Source: a virus
IMG/VR virus record: IMGVR_UViG_3300045999_009829
Length of the DNA: 64,000 nt
Strand: one strand, 5' to 3'
This document shows positions 35,353 through 44,236 of the stretch, piece after piece. A program made the translations under genes and the position numbers. The stretch's first letter is position 1. Every line of letters starts with the position of its first letter. The notes beneath the pieces are model-generated. The model was not told where the DNA came from, did no database searches, and was given only the letters and a program-made list of their open reading frames with translations.

Positions 35353-36316
35353 TGCGATACTCCCATGCAGACCGCATCATGAGATCAAGGTCATCAGCAC
35401 CGTACTGGTACTTGAAGCCGGTCTGCTTTATGAACTTGTTTGGATTTGCTACAAGGAAAGGCGGATCGCCTACTCGGCGTGGGCCTTCAACCACCTCAAC
35501 TTCTGCACAGGCCTTGCTGAAGCAGTCAATCATCTGGCGGACAGAGTAGCCCATGTTTGTGCCGAGATTGAACTTGTGGTGGCAGGGATTTGAGCCCTCT
35601 AGGTATTTATCCGCGTGAATCAGAGCTCGGGCTACGTCGACCACGTGGAGGTAGTCGCGAATCGGTGTGCCGTCATGCGTATCGTAGTCGGTGCCGTTGA
35701 TGATGAACGGCTCCTTCTTCATCGACCGGTCACATAGCTGGTTGACGATGTGCGGTGTCTCAGGTAGCTGGCCGACATCCCCGTATGCGCCTACGACACA
35801 GAAGAAGCGGAACGACACCGCACGGATGTGACCCAACTTGTAGTAGGAGTCAAGCATCTGCTCGGTCCAGAGTTTGGACAAGCCGTAGTTGTTGGGAGGA
35901 TCCAGACGACTAGTTTCCCTGAGCACTCGGTCAGAGATGCCGTATGTCGCCGCCGTGCTGGCAAAGATAAACTTGTTTGAAGGGGTGAGCTCTCTGATCA
36001 AATTGAGAGTCTTGGCGGTGTTGTTCTTAAAGTAGAGTAGAGGCTCGATGGCACTTGGGCCAAGGAGACTGTTTGCGGCTAGGTGAAAGATGGTTGCATC
36101 CTTGTACTCGTGGTACACGTGCATCGCTTGCTCGGATACAAAGTCTGCTGCCAGGAAGTCGTCGCAGTACTTCACCCTGTTTGCGCCGTTGATCCAGTCA
36201 AGCTGACAGTTTGGGTCGTTGTCAATGCCGACGACGTAGTAGCCGTTCTCCTTGAGCAACTTGCACAGAACAGAGCCGATGTAGCCGTAGGCTCCGGTTA
36301 CAATAGCTGTCTTCAT
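35339..36316 (-). CDS. galE: NDP-sugar 4-epimerase (GalE-like)
   Basis: TGAYGYIGS, HLAA, S...PL.Y..NN, FASTAA.YG, YGLSK, GTDY.T.DGT.IRDYLHV.D.A, RR.GDP. Confidence 0.85.
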   Translation of the reverse strand: MKTAIVTGAYGYIGSVLCKLLKENGYYVVGIDNDPNCQLDWINGANRVKYCDDFLAADFVSEQAMHVYHEYKDATIFHLAANSLLGPSAIEPLLYFKNNTAKTLNLIRELTPSNKFIFASTAATYGISDRVLRETSRLDPPNNYGLSKLWTEQMLDSYYKLGHIRAVSFRFFCVVGAYGDVGQLPETPHIVNQLCDRSMKKEPFIINGTDYDTHDGTPIRDYLHVVDVARALIHADKYLEGSNPCHHKFNLGTNMGYSVRQMIDCFSKACAEVEVVEGPRRVGDPPFLVANPNKFIKQTGFKYQYGADDLDLMMRSAWEYRNGNL

Positions 36317-36729
36317 TGCTTCAGTCTCTCCCTCAATTTGGTGGAGCTGAAGTCATGGAGTCGAGGAATGTAGGAGACTTCGATGCCCCTGGCGTTGCAG
36401 ATATCCTCGCCAGTGATCCTCTTACCGTCATAATCAGATCCGACAAAGCGAGCCTGAATATCCAGAGTCGCCATCATGTTGACCAGATCACGCTCGGTAT
36501 CATACGGCACAATCAGGTCAACGCAAGACAAGCCATCCAGCTGTAGGTATCTCTCGAATACAGACTGGATGGGCTTGTTCTTTGAGTCAGGCCTGTCGAT
36601 TGTTGGATCTGTGTGGAGTCCGACAATCAGCAGGTTGCATCGTCGACGACACTCTTGAATAAAGTGCACGTGGCCCGGATGCAGTAGATCAAACGCTCCG
36701 CAAGTGAAGCCGTTGCGATAGCTTTCCAT
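36313..36729 (-). CDS. Stand-alone cytidylyltransferase (TagD-like)
   Basis: GFTCGAFDLLHPGH, LIVGL..DP..DRP..KNKPIQS..ER, R.H..SST.LR. Confidence 0.85.
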   Translation of the reverse strand: MESYRNGFTCGAFDLLHPGHVHFIQECRRRCNLLIVGLHTDPTIDRPDSKNKPIQSVFERYLQLDGLSCVDLIVPYDTERDLVNMMATLDIQARFVGSDYDGKRITGEDICNARGIEVSYIPRLHDFSSTKLRERLKQ

Positions 36730-36743
36730 GATGTAGGGTGCCT

Positions 36744-37103
36744 TTAGGCCTGACGCGTTACAAAGTTCTTTCTGATCTTTGTGGCGCCGAAGTACGCTAC
36801 GACTAGGTCCTCAACCACCTGCTCGTCGTAGGGCTTGCAGCTGAACACGTCTAGGTACATCGTGTCGTTCTCGTCCACAAAGTGAGCGCAGATGTTGCTG
36901 GTCTCAATCAACTGGACCAGGGTATAGCCCGCCTTATTGCCGCTGCCGAACTTTACAATCTGAGGCTCGCCGTAGGCCACCATGTCGATGTCCTTGACGA
37001 GCTTCTTAGTAAAGTCATAGATGACCTTGTCGTTTGTAATAGCGGCATGACTGCATCCCGAGCAGTCGAGCATGAGGTGGTAACCCCAGTGAGACATCAG
37101 CAT
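36744..37103 (-). CDS. speD: S-adenosylmethionine decarboxylase-like proenzyme
   Basis: G.HL.LD..GC, G.T...LIETSNI.AH, DVFSCK; pyruvoyl class 1b size. Confidence 0.8.
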   Translation of the reverse strand: MLMSHWGYHLMLDCSGCSHAAITNDKVIYDFTKKLVKDIDMVAYGEPQIVKFGSGNKAGYTLVQLIETSNICAHFVDENDTMYLDVFSCKPYDEQVVEDLVVAYFGATKIRKNFVTRQA

Positions 37104-37115
37104 TGTTTCCTTTGG

Positions 37116-37391
37116 TTAGTAGTTGTCGAGGACTTGACAGTACGTGACCGACTCGATCCGGAAGGAGCGCCAGGCTGCCTTCTCTAGATCCCAAGCCGCA
37201 ATCACGTCTGTGTTTTGGTTGTGGAAGTTCTTCTCGCTCTGCTGCTCTTCAAGGCTCTTCACGTAGGAAGCAGGGAGAAGTCGGGGCATGAGAGTGCACC
37301 GCATCGCGCGGTTCTCGCCGTTCACCTTGGTGAAGTGAACCTCAATGGCGTTGTTCCTGAGATCAGACAGGAGCTTGTCACGCTGGTACAT
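37116..37391 (-). CDS. SH3/WYL-like small protein of T4-like phages
   Basis: V.FTKV.GE.R.M.CTL and WDLEK.AWRSFR. Confidence 0.75.
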   Translation of the reverse strand: MYQRDKLLSDLRNNAIEVHFTKVNGENRAMRCTLMPRLLPASYVKSLEEQQSEKNFHNQNTDVIAAWDLEKAAWRSFRIESVTYCQVLDNY

Positions 37392-37405
37392 TATATAGGG
37401 TTCCT

Positions 37406-37657
37406 CTACTCGTTGAGAAGGATCTGTGAAGAGCCCTTGTTGAGCTCCTCACTGAGTTCATTATAACCGCCGATGTACATGCCGTCAACTACAATGACAG
37501 GGAATGTCTTGGCGTCCGGGAACTTCTCGAGAAGCATCTCTCTGGTGAAGTGGACATTCAGCTCTTGGACATTAAACTGGATGCCCTTCTGCATCATGAG
37601 TCGAGCTGCAGCCATGCAGTAGTTGCAGCCGTCCTTAGAGTACATCTCGACCTTCAC
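37406..37657 (-). CDS. nrdC: Glutaredoxin
   Basis: YSK.GCNYC, TFP.I.VDG.YIGGY..L. Confidence 0.88.
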   Translation of the reverse strand: MKVEMYSKDGCNYCMAAARLMMQKGIQFNVQELNVHFTREMLLEKFPDAKTFPVIVVDGMYIGGYNELSEELNKGSSQILLNE

Positions 37658-38079
37658 AGAATGGTCTCCGAGGCGCCCGCCTGGACCACAGTGTAGCGCT
37701 GTGCCGGGTTCGACATGCTAGCAAAGTAGTTGACGAACTTGGAGAGAGCCTCATCCACGTTTGCAGCATTCACGATCCTGCGCTGGTCTGCAATTACGGG
37801 AGGATCGCCGCCCTGATCTAGACGAACCTTGCCTTCAACGAGGTATGTCGACGATGTCGCGACAGCCACCGCGGGAATAGCAACTTGAGGGGTGGGAACA
37901 TTAGGCTCAGTACGAGCAATCACATCATCCAGCACGTTTGCTGGATCTTCAAATGCAGGAGCCACAGCGCCGCTGCTCATGACCTGCTGATACAGGGCAT
38001 CGCTGTCCTCATAGTTGAACTCTGCTGCAGGATCTTGAGTCTCTGCAGGCTTGTTCTTTGAACCCTTTGGTCTTGCCAT
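37654..38079 (-). CDS. Hypothetical protein with an N-terminal AT-hook-like motif
   Basis: Start MARPKGSKNK. Confidence 0.55.
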   Translation of the reverse strand: MARPKGSKNKPAETQDPAAEFNYEDSDALYQQVMSSGAVAPAFEDPANVLDDVIARTEPNVPTPQVAIPAVAVATSSTYLVEGKVRLDQGGDPPVIADQRRIVNAANVDEALSKFVNYFASMSNPAQRYTVVQAGASETIL

Positions 38080-38080
38080 T

Positions 38081-38566
38081 TCACCTATTCTCCTGAAAAA
38101 TTTCGATATCAAGCGTTGCAACCCCTCTTTCAAGTATACCCAGGCGCCGCGCCGTTCCCATGCTCAGGTCGAACTCTCGCCCTCTGACGTAGGGCCCTCG
38201 ATCATTGACTCTTGCAATGACCTCAGCGCCAGTCTCGGGATTCGTGAATCTGACCCATGTGTTGAACGGGAGAGTCCTGTGAGCGACCGTCAGGTCGTTA
38301 GGGTTGTACCTCTCTCCGTTGGCTGTCACGGTGCCGTGTCTGTACCACGAGACCACCGCTCTGTATTTAGTTCGTGTAACTACACTCCTAGAAGGGCGAA
38401 CCCTTCTAGTCTCTTGAGTAAGAGCATTCGCGTTTCCGACTCGGGCGTCGGGTCTTGTCACCTCTGATGGCGAGTTGTTTCTGTTGTTCAATGTGGACGC
38501 CGTAGTGGGTCCGTATATTGCTATGCTCAAACCCAAAAGTGCAGCAATAAAGATGCACTTTTGCAA
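38081..38566 (-). CDS. rlpA: RlpA-like lytic transglycosylase (DPBB) with a signal sequence
   Basis: SWY..G..TANGE.Y....LT.AHRTLPF.T.V...RVNDRGPY..GR..DLS. Confidence 0.88.
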   Translation of the reverse strand: MQKCIFIAALLGLSIAIYGPTTASTLNNRNNSPSEVTRPDARVGNANALTQETRRVRPSRSVVTRTKYRAVVSWYRHGTVTANGERYNPNDLTVAHRTLPFNTWVRFTNPETGAEVIARVNDRGPYVRGREFDLSMGTARRLGILERGVATLDIEIFQENR

Positions 38567-38590
38567 GGTTTGTCTCCTTCGTTGGTTTAT

Positions 38591-39055
38591 TTAGGCGGCA
38601 AGATCCTTGAACCGATCCGCTGCAATTGAGGCAGCAAACGCGTCAGGCTTTATCTTGGGCCGCATGTTACAGGTGCCAGCGATGTAGCCGATGGCCTGTG
38701 AGACTACGCAAGAAGATCCGTAGCGCTCGTTTGGGTTGATGTCTAGATGTATTTCACAGGGCCTAGCTCCTATAGCTTCTGCCAGCTTGAAGTAAAGACT
38801 GGCGACTTTGGTCACCTCGTTCATCAGTCTGATTGATGGCTTGTTTGGTCTATAGTCGTAGTCCCTTTCCCTTGTTACCTCTCCAAAGATCTTGCACCCA
38901 TGCTTGCCGTCTATGTGGATCACCACGACTGTGGCGTAGTCAGCAAACCACTGGTCTCCGACTTTGAAGCGCTCGGAATCGCCTCCGATGTATATCTTGG
39001 ACTCGTGCGAGGACCGCATGATGTAGTCTCGCGCCTCATCTAGATCAAGTTTCAT
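38591..39055 (-). CDS. YkuK/DUF458 RNase H-like protein
   Basis: IYIG.DS, RLM.EV, EIH.DIN, KP.A.AAS..AD. Confidence 0.8.
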   Translation of the reverse strand: MKLDLDEARDYIMRSSHESKIYIGGDSERFKVGDQWFADYATVVVIHIDGKHGCKIFGEVTRERDYDYRPNKPSIRLMNEVTKVASLYFKLAEAIGARPCEIHLDINPNERYGSSCVVSQAIGYIAGTCNMRPKIKPDAFAASIAADRFKDLAA

Positions 39056-39084
39056 TGGTGAATTCCGAACTCAGTCACTTGGTA

Positions 39085-39114
39085 ACTATATATCAAGTTG
39101 AGCTGAAGTCAACC
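39085..39114 (-). promoter_or_regulatory. Early promoter (TTGACT-16-TATAGT)
   Basis: GGTTGACTTCAGCTCAACTTGATATATAGT. Confidence 0.55.
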
Positions 39115-39506
39115 TTTTTCAGGTGGACCTTGTGGATCTTACAAGAGACCCACTCGTTGTAGAAGCGCTCAGACTCTAGAGCGCCCATGGTGAACTGGTA
39201 CCTGGCCTCAAAGTAGTTTAGCTCGCCCTTCGACTTACAGAGCCGAACTATCTCTCTCTTGTACTTGTCCTGACCAAGAGACTGGACTTCCTCGATGAGG
39301 ACCTTGTTAGATCCCCAGTAGGTCTTCCAGTCGGAGTCGACAAGGATCTTTTTCTTCTTGCCCTTGACCGTCTTGGTCCTCTTGAACTTTAGGAGCTTCT
39401 TGCCGATGTACTGGCGTCCAGAGTCAAGGTTGGTTATGATGTACACGAAGCCGATGAAGTCACTGAGCGAGTCCTCGATGACCGGCTCCCCATAGTAAAG
39501 CCACAT
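39093..39506 (-). CDS. GIY-YIG (Seg-like) endonuclease
   Basis: GFVYIITN...GR.YIGKK, SDW..YWGS, F/Y.REI..LC..KG...Y.E, YN. Confidence 0.8.
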   Translation of the reverse strand: MWLYYGEPVIEDSLSDFIGFVYIITNLDSGRQYIGKKLLKFKRTKTVKGKKKKILVDSDWKTYWGSNKVLIEEVQSLGQDKYKREIVRLCKSKGELNYFEARYQFTMGALESERFYNEWVSCKIHKVHLKKVDFSST

Positions 39507-39533
39507 GGGAAAGTCTCCTTTCCCATACTTATG
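39505..39533 (-). promoter_or_regulatory. RBS-sequestering hairpin overlapped by a late-promoter variant
   Basis: The - strand reads CATAAGTATGGGAAAG-GAGA-CTTTCCCATG; a 9-bp stem covers the SD and the start codon. Confidence 0.7.
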
Positions 39534-39539
39534 GCTCCC

Positions 39540-39761
39540 TTACTCGTCTTCTTCCAGATCCGCAATGATGCCCTCTTCAATGAGGACCTCATCTAGAACG
39601 AAGTCGATGTCTGCACACTCATCCAGGTTGTCACAGTCGTAGTCCTGGAAGAGCTCGACGAGCTCCTTGTAGATTGTCTTCCTGTCGTCTTCGTCGCCGA
39701 CATATCGGGCGATCGTTTCCGCTATTTCAGCAAATATGCTAGCGCCTGTGCTCCATCCCAT
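39540..39761 (-). CDS. Acidic hypothetical protein
   Basis: MGW..G...F and LV..F...DCD.L.EC. Confidence 0.6.
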   Translation of the reverse strand: MGWSTGASIFAEIAETIARYVGDEDDRKTIYKELVELFQDYDCDNLDECADIDFVLDEVLIEEGIIADLEEDE

Positions 39762-40882
39762 CAGAGTGACATCCCCTTAAGTGACTCGGTTGACACGTCC
39801 TTCTTTACACCGCCGATGATGTAGGACGTGATTTGGGTTTCCTGAGGCGCTACCTGCACCTCACTGCCGCTGATCCACTTCTGTGTCCATGGCAGTGGAT
39901 TAGATCCGCTCTTATATAGGAGCGGCAAGCCGACCGCCTGCAGTCGACGGTTGGTGATCCACTCGACGTAGTCAGACAAGAGCTCCATGTTGAGGCCGAT
40001 CATCGAGCCGTCCTTGAACAGGTAATTGGCCCAGGCCTTCTCCTGCTCTGCGGCGGACTTGAACATTGCCAGGCACTCCTCGCGAGTCTCCTCACGGATC
40101 TTAGCGAAGTCTGGATCATCCTGCGGCAGAATCTTGAGCAACTGTTGTGTGCCCGCCAGGTGGAGGTTCTCATCACGGGCAATCAGCTTGATGATCTTGG
40201 CATTGCCCTCCATCTTCTTCAGTTCGGCAAATGCCCAGGAGCAGGCAAAGCTGACATAGAAGCGGATGCCCTCCAGGATGTTGACCGACACTAGAGCCAG
40301 CCAGAGAGACTTCTTGTGATTATACAGCACTTCCTCTGAGTGTAGGAAGGCATCGCCATGGTAACCTGTTATCTGCGCCAGGTTGTTGTAGTGGATCAGG
40401 TCATCGTAGTTCTTTGAGATGTCCTTGGCGCAGTCGACGATCTCCTGCATGTCCGTAATCTCGTCGAGCACCTTAGACGGGTCGCTGAAGATGTTGCGGA
40501 TGATGTGAGTATAGGACCGAGAGTGTACCGACTCGCTGAACGTCCACGCCACGATCCAGTTCTCGAGCTCGGGTAGTGAGCAGATGGGCCCGAAGGCGAC
40601 CGTGGGCGCCCGACCCTGCACCGAGTCGAGCAGGATCTGACGCTTGAGGTTACTAGTGAAGATGTGCTGCTCGTGCTTGCTGAGAGAACGGTAGTCCTTG
40701 GTGTCCTTGGTAAGGTCGACCTCTTCCGGCACCCAGAAGAAGCCCATCTGCTGACGGGTGAGCTTCTCTAGGAACGGATACTTCTGCTTGTCGAACCTGG
40801 CAATGGTCGGAGCGTCGTCAAAGAACGCCTTGACGCTCAGGTGGTCCTTCTTGTTATTAGAGTCGAATACGCTGTATGTCAT
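39761..40882 (-). CDS. nrdB: Ribonucleotide reductase class Ia beta subunit
   Basis: FFW.PEEVD, LDSVQGR, E.VHSRSY, LEGIRFYVSFACS, RDENLH, QVAPQE; start MTYSVF. Confidence 0.96.
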   Translation of the reverse strand: MTYSVFDSNNKKDHLSVKAFFDDAPTIARFDKQKYPFLEKLTRQQMGFFWVPEEVDLTKDTKDYRSLSKHEQHIFTSNLKRQILLDSVQGRAPTVAFGPICSLPELENWIVAWTFSESVHSRSYTHIIRNIFSDPSKVLDEITDMQEIVDCAKDISKNYDDLIHYNNLAQITGYHGDAFLHSEEVLYNHKKSLWLALVSVNILEGIRFYVSFACSWAFAELKKMEGNAKIIKLIARDENLHLAGTQQLLKILPQDDPDFAKIREETREECLAMFKSAAEQEKAWANYLFKDGSMIGLNMELLSDYVEWITNRRLQAVGLPLLYKSGSNPLPWTQKWISGSEVQVAPQETQITSYIIGGVKKDVSTESLKGMSL

Positions 40883-40884
40883 CT

Positions 40885-41541
40885 CTATTCCCGTTGATCG
40901 TCTTCTGATTTCATGTACATGACTGTATCCGTATCGCCGAGGGACCACTTTGACTCGGCTTCGACCGACCACTTAGTCTTTGCAACTCGGAAGTCCGGGA
41001 ACTTCAGGGTGCTCGGGTTGTTGGACGGCTCGAGGATGATGGTGCGGTTGTTGGGCTGTGCGGCAAACTGACCGTTGTCGCACTTGATGAAATTGAAGGA
41101 CTTGTGGTCCTCCGTATCCTCACTGAACCCTGTATTCAGTATATTACCATCTGGAAAGCTACTGTCAACCGTAAACATGTAGGTGCCCCAAGTCCACTGC
41201 TTGTTCTTGTTTAGGAACTTGCACCGCAGACCACTGATGAGCTTTTTCTCTAGGATCGTAACGTCATATGACATGCAGTCCCAGATCTGCAGGTAATCAA
41301 GCGGTAGTAGTTCATCAGGGTTCACGTCCGTCCGCCAGACGTAGGCGTGGATCGGGAGCTTGTCATACAGCGCACCGTAGTTGTGCAGGTACGACTCGAT
41401 CCTAAACGCCTCGCCTCGGATGGACTTCAGAGAGACCCAGAAGCACGGCTCAAACTCGCCGTGCCCCTTCTCGAAGTCATAGAGAAACTCTCTGCGAACA
41501 TAGCACCTCACAGGCGGTAGGTTCGCGATCAGGTGAGCCAT
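40885..41541 (-). CDS. Conserved hypothetical protein between nrdA and nrdB
   Basis: L.ANLPP..C.VR.E.LYD..GHGE, GAL.DKLP, LQ.WDC, HKSFN....NGQFAAQPNNR. Confidence 0.75.
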   Translation of the reverse strand: MAHLIANLPPVRCYVRREFLYDFEKGHGEFEPCFWVSLKSIRGEAFRIESYLHNYGALYDKLPIHAYVWRTDVNPDELLPLDYLQIWDCMSYDVTILEKKLISGLRCKFLNKNKQWTWGTYMFTVDSSFPDGNILNTGFSEDTEDHKSFNFIKCDNGQFAAQPNNRTIILEPSNNPSTLKFPDFRVAKTKWSVEAESKWSLGDTDTVMYMKSEDDQRE

Positions 41542-41553
41542 TGTTCAGTTCCT

Positions 41554-43851
41554 TCAGATGGTGCAGGAGTCACAGGTCTCGTTGTCAAGTTCGGTCGACT
41601 GGATAGTCTCTGGCTGCTTCACCTCGAGCTCGCCGGCGCCGTCAGCGGTGTTGAAGTAGTATAGTTGCTTGCCGCCGTACTTATAGAACATGATGACGTG
41701 GCGGATGAGCTCCGACATGGGAATCTGCTCGTCCTCGTAGTGCTTCGGGTTGTAGCTCGTGTTCACCGAGATGCCCTGGTCAATGAACTTTTGCAGGACG
41801 GCGCAGATCTTCAGGTAGCCCTCAGGTGACTTCTGATCCCAGAGCAGGTCGTACTTGTTCTTGAGTCGACGAACCTCTGGCGCCACCTGCTTCAGCACGC
41901 CGTCCTTGGAGGTCTTGACGGAGACCAGGGCACGGATGGGCTCGATGCCGTTGGTCGAGTTGCTGATCTGTGCCGATGTCTCGGACGGCATGAGCGCCAT
42001 CAGAGTCGAGTTGCGGATGCCATGGATCCTCAGCTCTTCCCTCAGCAGGTCCCAGTCAAAGTCGTACGAGGGCTCTACCAGAGAGTCGACGTCTCGCTTG
42101 TACGTGTCGATGGGTAGGATGCCCTGGCTGTACTTTGTCTCGTTGAGAGCAAGGCACGACCCCTTCTCCTTGGCAAGCTCGATGGATGCCTTGATCAGGC
42201 TGTATGACCAGGCTTCTGTCCACTCGTGAAGTTTCTTCAAACCCTCCTCAGTGATGTTCTGGTATGACAGGTCATTCCTTGCCAGCCAGTAGGCCAAGTT
42301 GATAATGCCGATGCCGAGTGGGCGACGGTTCATCGTACCGATTTCAGCCGCACGGACGGGATAGTCTTGGTAGTCAAGGATCTCATCCAGACCGCGAACC
42401 GCCAGTTCACAAACTCGAGCAAAGTCATACTTGGACCTGATCTTACCCCAGTTGACGGCAGCCAGGGTGCAGAGCGAGATCTCACCTTCCTCATCGAACA
42501 CGTGCTTCAGTGGCTTGGTGGGCAGATCAATCTCCTGGCAGAGGTTGCTCATCTTGATCGGAGCAACTTCCTTGAGGAACGCGCCGTGGTCGTTGGCGTG
42601 ATCCACGTTCATCAGATAGATACGTCCAGTATCCTTCCTCTCCTGTATGAAGGATGAGAAGAGGTCAATGGCGCTGATTGACTTCTTTCGTATCGAAGCG
42701 TCAGCTTCATACCCTTCGTAGAGAGTACGAAAGCGATCACAGTCAGTAAAGAATGCATCGTATAGTCCTGGGACATCTGATGGACTGAATAGGGTGATGT
42801 TGCCGCCTGTGAGCAAGCGCTCGTACATCACCTTGTTGAACTGCACCGAGTAGTCCATGTGGCGCACTCGGTTGTCGTCGGTGCCCTTGTTGTTCTTGAG
42901 GACAAGCAGGTCCTCGACCTCAAGGTGCCAGATGGGATAGTGTAGAGTTGCGGCGCCGCCGCGGACGCCGCCCTGACTGCACGACTTTACAGCGGACTGA
43001 AAGAGCTTATAAAATGGAATAACACCAGTATGAGCAGCATCTCCATTGCGAATTGGAGAGCCAATAGCGCGAATACGCCCAGCGCCAATGCCGATGCCAG
43101 CTTTTTGCGAGACGTACTTGACAATTGCGGAGGCTGATGCGTTGATGGAGTCGAGAGAGTCATCTGTCTCGATGAGGACGCATGAACTAAACTGCTTTTG
43201 TGGCGTCCTAAGCCCAGCCATGATCGGCGTGGGGAGAGAGATTTCAAAGGTTGAGATTGCGTCATAGAAGTCCTTGACCCACTTCAAACGGGTTGTCTTT
43301 GGATAGTTGCGGAAGAGCGTCATCGAGATCAGCATGTACGCCATCTGAGGCGTCTCATAGAACTGACCGGTGACTCGGTTCTTTACTAGGTACTTGCCAC
43401 GAAACTGCTCCATGCCGGCATAGGCGATGGCAAAGTCGCGCTCGTGGTCGAGTTGCTTGTTGAGCCAGTCGAACTGTGCCTGGGTGTAGTGTTGCCCGAG
43501 TTCCTTTGAGTAGTAGCCCCAGTCAGCAACGTGGTCGTAGTGTTCATATAGAGAGCATGGCTCGGGTTGCCCATAGATCTCTTTGCGGAGATTGTAGTTG
43601 ATTAGTCGTGAAGCAGCATACTGGTAGTTTGGAGCATCCTCAGAGATCAACTCTGCAGTTGCCTTGATCAGAGTCTCCTGAATGTCCACGGTCTTGATCT
43701 TGTCGTAGAACTGGACCTGTGAGCGGATCTCAATCTCACTGGCGCTGGTGCCAGCCAGACCCTCACACGCCCAGGCGACCACCTTGTGGAATTTCTGGAG
43801 GTCCAGAGGCTCTAGTCGGCCGCCACGCTTAGTCACTCTAGTTGTTGTCAT
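41554..43851 (-). CDS. nrdA: Ribonucleotide reductase class Ia alpha subunit
   Basis: ATP cone VTKR.G, QFSSCV, SNLC.EI, LCTL, MPSETS.QISN.TNGIEP, C-terminal CDSC. No intron or intein is visible. Confidence 0.97.
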   Translation of the reverse strand: MTTTRVTKRGGRLEPLDLQKFHKVVAWACEGLAGTSASEIEIRSQVQFYDKIKTVDIQETLIKATAELISEDAPNYQYAASRLINYNLRKEIYGQPEPCSLYEHYDHVADWGYYSKELGQHYTQAQFDWLNKQLDHERDFAIAYAGMEQFRGKYLVKNRVTGQFYETPQMAYMLISMTLFRNYPKTTRLKWVKDFYDAISTFEISLPTPIMAGLRTPQKQFSSCVLIETDDSLDSINASASAIVKYVSQKAGIGIGAGRIRAIGSPIRNGDAAHTGVIPFYKLFQSAVKSCSQGGVRGGAATLHYPIWHLEVEDLLVLKNNKGTDDNRVRHMDYSVQFNKVMYERLLTGGNITLFSPSDVPGLYDAFFTDCDRFRTLYEGYEADASIRKKSISAIDLFSSFIQERKDTGRIYLMNVDHANDHGAFLKEVAPIKMSNLCQEIDLPTKPLKHVFDEEGEISLCTLAAVNWGKIRSKYDFARVCELAVRGLDEILDYQDYPVRAAEIGTMNRRPLGIGIINLAYWLARNDLSYQNITEEGLKKLHEWTEAWSYSLIKASIELAKEKGSCLALNETKYSQGILPIDTYKRDVDSLVEPSYDFDWDLLREELRIHGIRNSTLMALMPSETSAQISNSTNGIEPIRALVSVKTSKDGVLKQVAPEVRRLKNKYDLLWDQKSPEGYLKICAVLQKFIDQGISVNTSYNPKHYEDEQIPMSELIRHVIMFYKYGGKQLYYFNTADGAGELEVKQPETIQSTELDNETCDSCTI

Positions 43852-43864
43852 TCGTTACCTCTTT

Positions 43865-43872
43865 TATAAATA
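43865..43872 (+). promoter_or_regulatory. T4-type late promoter TATAAATA
   Basis: Perfect consensus upstream of the membrane-protein pair. Confidence 0.75.
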
Positions 43873-43880
43873 GCTGAAAA

Positions 43881-44180
43881 GTGGAGGACACCATGGACGT
43901 AAACTCTTGGTTCAAGTTGGTAGCCGATTTAGGCTTTCCGATAGCCTCGGCTCTTGCGGGAGGCTACTTCGTGTTTCTGACCATGAAGTTCATCCTGTCA
44001 GGAGTCTTAAGTTCGGTGAAGAGCCTCAGCGGCATCATTACGGCTCTCGACAACAGAGTCAAGACAATGAACCACGACGTCATCCGAATTGATACCCTTG
44101 TCAGTAACGCGATGGGCGTCAAGCCTGACGTCGAGCGAATTGCAAGGGCAGACGGAAAGAACGACGCCCGTAGAGATTGA
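43881..44180 (+). CDS. Small membrane protein (GFPI family), paralog 1
   Basis: LGFPIASALAGGYFVF transmembrane segment plus a coiled coil. Confidence 0.7.
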   Translation: MEDTMDVNSWFKLVADLGFPIASALAGGYFVFLTMKFILSGVLSSVKSLSGIITALDNRVKTMNHDVIRIDTLVSNAMGVKPDVERIARADGKNDARRD

Positions 44181-44236
44181 CTATATATTCTTCCCACGCA
44201 AATTGAAACCAAAAAATCAGCACAAGGGTCAAAAAG

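Noticed and set aside
39761-43851. Introns or inteins in nrdA/nrdB; the gene between them as a homing endonuclease
   Set aside because: Both ORFs are continuous and of normal length, and the 218-aa spacer gene shows no HNH, GIY-YIG or LAGLIDADG motif.
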